A stretch of DNA of 64,000 bases, from assembly GCA_016783145.1 (NCBI GenBank), contig JADHXD010000005.1, positions 1,399 to 65,398 of the forward strand, read 5' to 3'. Positions 9,603 to 17,050 of this stretch are shown here, one piece after another (positions within the stretch are counted from its first letter, which is position 1; every line of letters starts with the position of its first letter). Position numbers and translations under genes: made by a program. The notes below the pieces were generated by a model. That model did not search any database. It saw only the letters and a program-made list of their open reading frames with translations, and had not been told where the DNA came from. This DNA comes from Anaerolineae bacterium. Its GTDB lineage: Bacteria > Chloroflexota > Anaerolineae > JAFGEY01.

Positions 9603-9637
9603 GAGACGTCTGGCGTTGTGCCAGGCGTCTTTGCTTT
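9603..9637 (+). terminator. rho-independent terminator of the Roadblock/V4R/RR operon
   Basis: 10-bp stem GACGTCTGGC / GCCAGGCGTC (one G-U pair), 5-nt loop, followed by TTTGCTTTG. Confidence 0.55.
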
Positions 9638-9651
9638 GCCTGATGGTCCAG

Positions 9652-10455
9652 CTACCGGGTCAAGGGGACAAAGCGGACGCCGCCCAGGTTCTGGCTCTTG
9701 ACCTCTCCTCTCTCTTTTGTGATCAAGAACAGGCTCTGGTACCCTCCCGGCGGCCCAACCGGGACGACCATCCGCCCACCATCCCTCAACTGCTGTATGA
9801 GAGGCGGGGGGATGTGGTCAGGCGCGCAGGTCACGATGATCGCATCAAAGGGGGCGTGTTCCTCCCAGCCAAAGTACCCATCGGCCTGCCGTGCGGTGAC
9901 ATTCTCGTAGCCCATCTCCGCCAGGCGTGTCGCAGCCTGGGCAGCCAGCGCTTCGACGATCTCTACGGTGTAGACCTCACAGCCCAGTTCTCCGAGAACA
10001 GATGCCTGGTAGCCCGAACCTGTGCCGATCTCTAGCACGTTGTCGCCAGGTCCTACCTGGAGCAGCTCGGTCATCCAGGCCACGATGTACGGCTGGGAGA
10101 TGGTTTGTCCATAGCCGATGGGCAGCGGGTGGTCATCGTAGGCCTGTTCGATCCATTCTGTGGGCACAAAGAGGTGTCGGGGGACCGTGCGCAAGGCCTC
10201 CAGGACGTCCTGGTCGGACACGCCACGCCGTTCGATCTGAAACCGCACCATATCCAGACGGGCAGTGCGATAGGGGTCGAGCCCAGGCGTGACTGTGGAG
10301 GGATGACCAGGCGTCGGGGCGGGAGTCACTGAAGCGGGAGCAGGTGTATCTTCTGGCAGGGTCGTGGAAAGTGTGGTGGGCGGTGCGGCAGGGGTGCATT
10401 GGGCCAGCAAGAGCGCGCAAACCAAGAACAGCAGCCTACCGATGGTTCTTTTCAT
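9652..10455 (-). CDS. pcm: protein-L-isoaspartate O-methyltransferase with lipoprotein-type signal and Pro/Thr-rich linker
   Basis: GYGQTISQPYIVA, VLEIGTGSGYQ and PPPLIQQLRDGGRMVVPVG are PCMT motifs. The N-terminus MKRTIGRLLFLVCALLLAQC looks like a lipobox. Confidence 0.85.
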   Translation of the reverse strand: MKRTIGRLLFLVCALLLAQCTPAAPPTTLSTTLPEDTPAPASVTPAPTPGHPSTVTPGLDPYRTARLDMVRFQIERRGVSDQDVLEALRTVPRHLFVPTEWIEQAYDDHPLPIGYGQTISQPYIVAWMTELLQVGPGDNVLEIGTGSGYQASVLGELGCEVYTVEIVEALAAQAATRLAEMGYENVTARQADGYFGWEEHAPFDAIIVTCAPDHIPPPLIQQLRDGGRMVVPVGPPGGYQSLFLITKERGEVKSQNLGGVRFVPLTR

Positions 10456-10565
10456 TCTCCATCCTCCCTCGCCATTCTGTGTCCCGATCAAGGTGTCGCC
10501 TGTGGGATGGACGCTCGATGCACCTCTGTGCTGATTATAGCACAGCGTTCTCTGGCGCGCAACGA

Positions 10566-10594
10566 TTGACAGGAATGTGCTTTTCGGGTAGTAT
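10566..10594 (+). promoter_or_regulatory. sigma70-type promoter candidate
   Basis: TTGACA - 17 nt - TAGTAT, upstream of the translin-like gene. Confidence 0.45.
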
Positions 10595-10654
10595 ACCGAC
10601 CGTGCTTTCGCAGTGGGAGGGGTAGTTCAGGTAGGGGGGAGAAGGAGTGTACCG

Positions 10655-11305
10655 TTGCAGAATCTGACCCCGATCATAGACGGCATCCGTGACGAGCTGG
10701 AGGCGCTCAGCGATGCACGGGATCAAGCCATCCGCCGTTCCAGGAAACTGATCCGCTACTGCGCGAACAGCATCCGGGCGATGCATCGCGGCGAATTCGA
10801 TCAGGCAGAAGCGCTGCTGGAGACGGCTCGCGAAGCAGCCACAGAGATGGTGCGGGATGTGGAGGCGTATCCGCTCCTTTACAACGCAGGCTATACCCAA
10901 GACGCGCTGAAAGAGTTTGTCGAGGCGCGCGCTGTGTACGCGATGTTGACCCGCGAGCCTGTCCCAGGTCCAGAGGACCTTGCCATGGCTGTTGGGCATC
11001 CCGCGTATCTCAAGGGGCTTGCCGAGGCCGCAAGCGAGATGCGTCGCGCGATCCTGGACACCATCCGCAGGGGCGACCTGGAGTGCGGCGAGATGCTTCT
11101 GAGCGATATGGAGGAAGTGTATGCTGCGATGACGACGATCGACTTTCCTGACGCAGTCACGGGGGGCCTTCGACGCACGACGGATGCGCTGCGCGCCGTG
11201 TTGGAACGAACGCGGGGCGATGTGACTGTTACCAAGCAGCAGGAGAAGCTCCGCCAGGCGCTGGTCGAGTTCGAGTCCAGGGTGAACGGTGTCTCCGAAG
11301 GGTAG
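10655..11305 (+). CDS. translin/TRAX family protein
   Basis: Helical protein with GYTQDALKEFVEARAVY (ExxE acidic pair) and AYLKGLAEAASEMRRAIL (equivalent of the YLxGLxDxxGELxR translin motif). Start chosen at TTG 7 nt after AAGGAG; an alternative GTG lies at 10613. Confidence 0.55.
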   Translation: MQNLTPIIDGIRDELEALSDARDQAIRRSRKLIRYCANSIRAMHRGEFDQAEALLETAREAATEMVRDVEAYPLLYNAGYTQDALKEFVEARAVYAMLTREPVPGPEDLAMAVGHPAYLKGLAEAASEMRRAILDTIRRGDLECGEMLLSDMEEVYAAMTTIDFPDAVTGGLRRTTDALRAVLERTRGDVTVTKQQEKLRQALVEFESRVNGVSEG

Positions 11306-11543
11306 GCGGATCACCGCCAGCCAGATCGGACAGTACGCCTACTGCGCCCATGCGTGGTGGCTAGGCGTTGTCGAGGGGTGTGAGCCGATCGATCTGGGGG
11401 CGATGGATGCAGGCCTGGAAGCGCACGAACGTCACGGCTGGCGCATTTCCCTGGCGCAAAAGCTGAACAAGCTGGCCCGCATCCTGTTCGGCGTCGCTTT
11501 GTTTTCCTTGTTGGGGTGGTTGGTCGTGGCTATCGCGCGCTAG
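11289..11543 (+). CDS. Cas4-like nuclease, N-terminal fragment with one TM helix
   Basis: RITASQIGQYAYCAHAWWLG matches the Cas4/DUF83 N-terminal Cys motif. The C-terminus ILFGVALFSLLGWLVVAIAR is hydrophobic. The ORF overlaps the translin-like stop by 17 nt. Confidence 0.45.
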   Translation: MSPKGRRITASQIGQYAYCAHAWWLGVVEGCEPIDLGAMDAGLEAHERHGWRISLAQKLNKLARILFGVALFSLLGWLVVAIAR

Positions 11544-11578
11544 CCCCTGCGGGGCAGCAGGGCATACAAGGATGCTGG

Positions 11579-12100
11579 ATGGTTTGGCTGTTGGTGGTTG
11601 GCATTGGCCTGCTGTTGTTGAGCCTTTCGCTGCTCTGGAGCGCGTGGCGACTTCGCCAGCACGCCGGGCTGCCCGGTGGGCGGGTGATCTATAGTGACAC
11701 GCGCGCCTGGCGTGAATGTCCTGAGCCCCTGTACTCCGCCTCGGTGAACCTGGCAGGGAAACCTGACTATCTGGTCCGCAGATGGAAGTACGTCCTTCCG
11801 GTCGAGGTCAAGTCAGGCGCGGCTCCAGACGAGCCCTATCGCAGCCACGTGCTGCAGTTGGCTGCCTACTGTCTGCTCGTGGAAGAAACGTACGGGCTAC
11901 GTCCTCCATACGGGCTGATCCACTACCCCGACCGGACGTTTGCCGTGGACTATACGGGTGAACTCGAACATGAGCTTTTGGACACTGTCGAGTGGATGCG
12001 CGAGGATCTGCGCGATGGGCAGGCAGAGCGGGATCACGTCGACCCGGGGCGCTGCCGGGCCTGCGGCTATGCCACATACTGCGATCAGCGTCTGGCGTGA
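11579..12100 (+). CDS. Cas4-like PD-(D/E)XK nuclease domain with N-terminal TM helix
   Basis: TM helix MVWLLVVGIGLLLLSLSLLW. Then GKPDYLV, PVEVKS (ExK), QLAAYCLLVEE (QxxxY) and the C-terminal CRACGYATYC (CxxCxxxxxC) of the Cas4 Fe-S cluster. Confidence 0.6.
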   Translation: MVWLLVVGIGLLLLSLSLLWSAWRLRQHAGLPGGRVIYSDTRAWRECPEPLYSASVNLAGKPDYLVRRWKYVLPVEVKSGAAPDEPYRSHVLQLAAYCLLVEETYGLRPPYGLIHYPDRTFAVDYTGELEHELLDTVEWMREDLRDGQAERDHVDPGRCRACGYATYCDQRLA

Positions 12101-12141
12101 ACTCTTGCCCGTCCTATGGATGTGCATTTCGCGGCAGGATA

Positions 12142-12150
12142 TGGTATAAT
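12142..12150 (+). promoter_or_regulatory. extended -10 promoter element
   Basis: TGGTATAAT about 100 nt upstream of the small CDS at 12252. Confidence 0.3.
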
Positions 12151-12251
12151 CGCGGGTGCTGTTCGCTGGCCGGCATGTGCCCGCTTCGGGAGGCGCAAGT
12201 GTCCTCCTCGAGTGGGCCCAGTTGTGGAAACAACAAGTGGGAGGACGATCT

Positions 12252-12527
12252 GTGAGTGAAGAGGCCAGGAATTTCGAGAGCAAGTGGGAGACGTGGACGC
12301 TCATTCCTGCTGGCGCGGGGTGGGCTTTTGCCGTCGGGATCATCGAACAGAACGGGCGCCGGCGCGTTCGCGTGGCAAAGGGGAAAATAAAGGTCGCCGG
12401 AGCGGGCGAGCTGCCGATCACCCAGCAGCTCAAGTTCAATCTCAAACCGGCGGACTGGAGACCGCTGCGCGAGGCCATTGATCTGTATGTTGCTCAGCTT
12501 CAGTCTGCAGAGAAGGATGACGCCTGA
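12252..12527 (+). CDS. hypothetical small protein (91 aa)
   Basis: GTG start 7 nt after GGAGG. Protein-like composition (NFESKWETWTLIPAGAGWAFAVGIIEQNG...). No recognised motif. Confidence 0.4.
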   Translation: MSEEARNFESKWETWTLIPAGAGWAFAVGIIEQNGRRRVRVAKGKIKVAGAGELPITQQLKFNLKPADWRPLREAIDLYVAQLQSAEKDDA

Positions 12528-12638
12528 ACGGTGCACGCGCGCTCCGCCGGAACCAAGTCAACTGCCGAGCATCTCGGCAGCTTCTGCGATCGAGCGCCTT
12601 CGTCAAGAAGGCGCTGTTGATAGATTTAGAGGTGCAGT

Positions 12639-13904
12639 TTGTTTTTCGATGAAGCCAAGATACACGTAAAAGCCGGCAAGGGCGGGAACGGCTGCGTGGC
12701 GTTCCGCCGGGAAAAGAACGTCCCTTATGGCGGGCCCAATGGTGGGAACGGTGGCAAGGGCGGTGGCGTGTACATCCGAGCTTTTGCACGCGTGAACACG
12801 TTGGTGATGTTCCAGCATCAGAACTACTTTGCCGCGCAGGATGGACAACACGGGCGAGGCAAAGATCTGGTCGGGCGTAGCGGCGAGGACCTGGCGATCG
12901 ATGTTCCCCTGGGGACCGTGATCCGGGATGTGAACACCGGGCAGTTTCTGGGCGATCTGGTCCAAGATGGACAGAGCGTGTGCATGGTACAAGGGGGGCG
13001 AGGTGGGCGTGGCAACGCGGCATTTGCGACCTCCACCAATCAGGCGCCGCGCATCTCGGAGCGGGGAGAGCCAGGCCAGGAACGGTGGCTCGCGTTGGAA
13101 CTGAAACTCATCGCTGACGTGGGCCTGATCGGCATGCCGAACGCAGGCAAGTCGACCCTGTTGGCAGCCTCCAGCGCTGCACATCCCAAGATCGCGGCCT
13201 ATCCCTTTACTACCCTCCAGCCCAACCTGGGCATGGTGAGCCTGGACCATGACACAACCTTTGTTATGGCCGACCTGCCGGGACTGATCGAGGGCGCCAG
13301 TCGTGGTGTGGGCCTTGGACACCAGTTTCTCCGCCACGTCGAACGGACGAGCCTGCTGGTACATCTGCTGGATGGACTTGCTGCCGATCCGCTGCATGAC
13401 TATGAGGTCATCCATCGTGAGCTGGCGGCCTTTAGTGAACGCCTTGTCTCCAAGCCACAGATTGTTGTGCTTAACAAGATGGATGTGCCCCAGGTGCGCG
13501 AGGTGTGGCCTCTGGTCCAGGAGATGTTGATCGAGCGCGGTATCGAGCCGCTCAGTATCTCGGCTGCGACAGGAGAGGGTGTGCGGGATCTGCTGTGGCA
13601 CATCGCTCACCAGTTGTCTGACCTGCCCACCGACATGCTGGGCGAAGAGATAGAGGTCGAGCCCGAAGTAGACGAGAAGGCGTTCACTATCTCGCAGGAT
13701 GAAAGCGGGTGGCACGTCCAAGGTATTGCCATTGAGCGTGCGGCAGTGATGACCAACTGGGCGCAGGACGAAAGCGCGGCGCGGTTCCAGCGGATCCTGG
13801 AGGCGATGGGGATCACGATGGCCTTACGCGAGGCGGGGGTGGAGGCTGGCGATACGGTCTTTGTCGGAGACGTTGAGTTGGAGTGGGGATGGCAAGACCT
13901 GTGA
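12639..13904 (+). CDS. obg: GTPase Obg/CgtA
   Basis: MFFDEAKIHVKAGKGGNGCVAFRREK..PYGGPNGGNGGKGGGVY is the Obg fold. G-domain motifs GMPNAGKST, DLPGLIEGA and NKMD are present, as is a C-terminal TGS-like OCT domain. TTG start after GAGGTG. Confidence 0.9.
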   Translation: MFFDEAKIHVKAGKGGNGCVAFRREKNVPYGGPNGGNGGKGGGVYIRAFARVNTLVMFQHQNYFAAQDGQHGRGKDLVGRSGEDLAIDVPLGTVIRDVNTGQFLGDLVQDGQSVCMVQGGRGGRGNAAFATSTNQAPRISERGEPGQERWLALELKLIADVGLIGMPNAGKSTLLAASSAAHPKIAAYPFTTLQPNLGMVSLDHDTTFVMADLPGLIEGASRGVGLGHQFLRHVERTSLLVHLLDGLAADPLHDYEVIHRELAAFSERLVSKPQIVVLNKMDVPQVREVWPLVQEMLIERGIEPLSISAATGEGVRDLLWHIAHQLSDLPTDMLGEEIEVEPEVDEKAFTISQDESGWHVQGIAIERAAVMTNWAQDESAARFQRILEAMGITMALREAGVEAGDTVFVGDVELEWGWQDL

Positions 13905-13930
13905 TCGAGGGGCAGCGCCAGGGGGCAACG

Positions 13931-16417
13931 ATGACTGCGAAGCGCACTGAACCTGTCGTCCACATGATTGGCAACGCGCACATCGATCCGGTGTGGCTGT
14001 GGCGCGTTGGCGAAGGCCGCGAGGAGGTCCTCTCGACCTATCGCTCCGCTTTGGATCGCATGGTAGAGACGCCCGAGTTTGTGTTCAGCAGCGGTGGCGC
14101 GGTCACCTACAGATGGGTGCAGGAGGACGCTCCTGATCTCTTTGCCACCATCCAGCAGCGCGTCGCCGAGGGTCGCTGGTCCCTGGTCAATGGCTGGTGG
14201 GTGCAGCCTGACTGCAACATCCCGAGCGGCGAGTCCTTTGTCCGCCACGGGCTCTATGGCCAGCGCGCCCTGATGGAGATGTTTGGCACGCGTGCGGTGA
14301 CTGGGTACAACGTGGACTCGTTTGGCCACGCCTGCAGCCTGCCGCAGATCCTCCTTGGGTGTGGGCTGCGCAACTATGTCTTTTTCCGTCCCGAGCCCGG
14401 TCGGGAGATGGATCTCCCGGGGACGCTCTTTTGGTGGGAGAGCGATGACGGGTCGCGCGTGCTTGCCAGCCGTCCCCCTCTGCACTATCCCAGCCAACCA
14501 GGGGGGCTGATCGAGCGCATAGATGCTGCCGCCTCGCAGGCCCCCGCAGATGTCGGACATGTGATGTGTTTCTATGGGGTGGGCAATCACGGAGGCGGCC
14601 CCACGAAGGAGAATATCGCTTCTATCACCCGAGCGATGGCTCGCCCGGACGGTCCACAGGTCCGTTTTGACAACGCTGATCGTTTCTTTGAGGCTGTGCG
14701 CGCCAGTGCGACCGAATTGCCTGTCGTTCACAGCGATCTGCAGCATCACGCGCGGGGCTGCTACACGGCCGTTTCGGCGATCAAGCGGTACAACCGCAAG
14801 TGCGAGCACGCTTTGCTCACCGCCGAAAAGTTCGCCGCACTCTCTCATCACTTCCTGGGATCAGGGTATCCTCGACAGGCGCTGACCCTTGCCTGGCACC
14901 AGGTGCTGTTCAACCAGTTTCACGACATCCTCGCGGGGACCAGCATCCGTGAAGCATGTGAAGATGCGTACGCCGAGTACGCCGAAAGTCTAGAGATCGC
15001 GCAGGTAGCGCTGGAGACCGCGCTCAGTGCGATCTCGGCGCAGATCGATACCCAAGGAGCGGGCCGCTCGCTGCTGGTCTTTAACCCGTTGGCTTGGGCG
15101 CAGTCTGTACCCGTGGAGACAGCCGTGATGGTGACCGGGCACTGGAGTGAGGATTGGGGAGGGGTGTTTCGCCCCGGCCTCGTTTGTCTGACCGATGACC
15201 AGGGGCAGGAGGTGCCCTGCCAGGTTACAGCCCTCGAACACAGTGGGGCCTACTATGTGTTGCACCTGTGTTTCCTGGCCGATCTGCCCGCGCTGGGGTA
15301 TCGGTGCTATCACCTGGCTTTTCCTGACGATGCCCCAACCTGGACACCCCCTGAGCCACGGAAGGTGCTCTCTATTGAGAACGCGTACTTGGGCCTATCC
15401 TTCGATCCGGAGAGTGGCTGGCCGACCAGCCTGATCGACAAAGCGAACGGGCTTGAACACCTGCGCGATGCCGGTTGCGTGCCTCTGGTCATCGACGATC
15501 CAAGCGATACGTGGAGTCACGATGTCGTCTCGTTCGATCGGGAGGTCGGGCGCTTTCACGCTCAGGGAGATGTTGCCCTGATTGAGGACGGCCCCGTTCG
15601 CCAGGTGGTGCGAGTGCGCAGCCAGTGGGGCTGTTCGACGGTTGAGTCTGACTATGTCCTGTACGCAGACGCCAGGCAGGTCTACCTCGATGTGACCGTT
15701 GACTGGCACGAGCAGGGGAAAATGCTCAAGCTGGCCTTTCCCCTGGCCCTGCAAGACCCACAGAGTACGTCCTCCGCGCCCTATGGCAGCATTCAGCGGA
15801 CCGACGACGGGGGAGAGGAGCCGTGCCAGGGTTGGGTAGATGTCAGAGGGATGATCGACGGGAGGCCCTGCGGGTTCAGCCTGCTGAATGACTGCAAGTA
15901 CGGGTATGACGTGCTGGCAGGAGAGTTGCGCATGAGCATTTTGCGCAGCCCGGTCTATGCGTTTCATCAGCCACGACAGATCGAGCCTGGCGTGACCTAT
16001 CACTACACAGATCAGGGTGAACAGGTCGTCCGGCTGGCCCTCATTCCTTACAGCGGAAGCTGGCAGCGAGAGGGCGATGTCGTGCGTCGCGCCGAGTCGC
16101 TCAACGCGCCGCCGGTGGCCTGTGAGGTCGAGGCCCATCCGGGTGAGTGGCCGGCTTGCGCATCGCTGGTGCGCTGTTCCCCATCCAATGTCGTTCTGAC
16201 CACAATCAAGGTGGCAGAGGACGGGGAGGACCTGATCTTGCGCGGCTACGAGACCGCAGGGCACGAGACCGAGGCTGAGATACACCTCGGATTGGGCGCT
16301 GCACGCTCCCGGTGGACGGTGACCTGGCAGCCGCACGAGATCAAGACGCTGCGTTTGAGACACGACTCTCCTGCGCTGGTCGAGGTCAACATGCTGGAAG
16401 AAGAGAGAGCCCACTAG
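13931..16417 (+). CDS. GH38 family alpha-mannosidase
   Basis: MIGNAHIDPVWLWR near the N-terminus, WWVQPDCNIPSGES, GVGNHGGGPT and a size of about 830 aa. Confidence 0.8.
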   Translation: MTAKRTEPVVHMIGNAHIDPVWLWRVGEGREEVLSTYRSALDRMVETPEFVFSSGGAVTYRWVQEDAPDLFATIQQRVAEGRWSLVNGWWVQPDCNIPSGESFVRHGLYGQRALMEMFGTRAVTGYNVDSFGHACSLPQILLGCGLRNYVFFRPEPGREMDLPGTLFWWESDDGSRVLASRPPLHYPSQPGGLIERIDAAASQAPADVGHVMCFYGVGNHGGGPTKENIASITRAMARPDGPQVRFDNADRFFEAVRASATELPVVHSDLQHHARGCYTAVSAIKRYNRKCEHALLTAEKFAALSHHFLGSGYPRQALTLAWHQVLFNQFHDILAGTSIREACEDAYAEYAESLEIAQVALETALSAISAQIDTQGAGRSLLVFNPLAWAQSVPVETAVMVTGHWSEDWGGVFRPGLVCLTDDQGQEVPCQVTALEHSGAYYVLHLCFLADLPALGYRCYHLAFPDDAPTWTPPEPRKVLSIENAYLGLSFDPESGWPTSLIDKANGLEHLRDAGCVPLVIDDPSDTWSHDVVSFDREVGRFHAQGDVALIEDGPVRQVVRVRSQWGCSTVESDYVLYADARQVYLDVTVDWHEQGKMLKLAFPLALQDPQSTSSAPYGSIQRTDDGGEEPCQGWVDVRGMIDGRPCGFSLLNDCKYGYDVLAGELRMSILRSPVYAFHQPRQIEPGVTYHYTDQGEQVVRLALIPYSGSWQREGDVVRRAESLNAPPVACEVEAHPGEWPACASLVRCSPSNVVLTTIKVAEDGEDLILRGYETAGHETEAEIHLGLGAARSRWTVTWQPHEIKTLRLRHDSPALVEVNMLEEERAH

Positions 16418-16465
16418 GGCAGGCAATCGCTTTCCCTTCAAGCGTGGACGCCCGCGCTGGCCTGA

Positions 16466-16963
16466 CTGCCCGGCCTCGACGAAAAGCCCTTCAGCCCCAG
16501 CGCGATCGATCCCATCGCCCTCACCGCAGACCGCGTCGGGCCCTTTACGACGGCCATGCACACCCTGGGGACGGGTGATACGGTCTGGCTGCGAGGGCCG
16601 TTCGGGCACGGATTCTCCCTCTGCCGGGGCGCGCTGATGCTGATCGGCAGGGGGTGCGGCCTGCCTCCCCTTCTCCACCTGGCCCAGGTTGCCCGCGGTG
16701 CAGGCCGGGCCACGCACGTGGCTCTTGGCGCCCGCACCGCACAGGGCCTGTTCTTCCAGGACCGGTTCGCCGCCCTGAGGTGCGCCGGCCACCTCCTGGC
16801 GCGAGAGCGTGGCTTGCCCTGCCAGTTCATCTACGAGGCCTACATGCGCTGCGGCATCGGCGTGTGCGGGTCGTGTGCGCGCGGCGGCTGTCTGGTCTGC
16901 CGCGACGGGCCCGTGCTAGATCGTTCCCCAAGGGCTGGGCCAGAGCAGGGTTGCGTTCAGTAA
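16466..16963 (+). pseudogene. remnant of a PyrK-like FAD/NAD(P)-binding, 2Fe-2S electron-transfer subunit
   Basis: The open frame starts 46 nt after the mannosidase stop with no plausible N-terminus. KPFSPSA ... GDTVWLRGPFGHGF ... LMLIGRGCGLPPLL ... MRCGIGVCGSCARGGCLVCRDGPVL follows PyrK order. The N-terminal barrel and about 40-50 aa before the Cys cluster are missing. Confidence 0.45.
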
Positions 16964-17050
16964 AGTGAACACGTGTTAACCATGTATTCACGTATTGTTT
17001 ACTGACATCCGGGCAGGCCTGATGTATAGTAGAGCTAAGGAGGTGGTGCT

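Noticed and set aside
12603-14851. 372-aa and 414-aa minus-strand ORFs opposite obg and the mannosidase
   Set aside because: These are shadow ORFs. obg and GH38 motifs on the plus strand explain the region.
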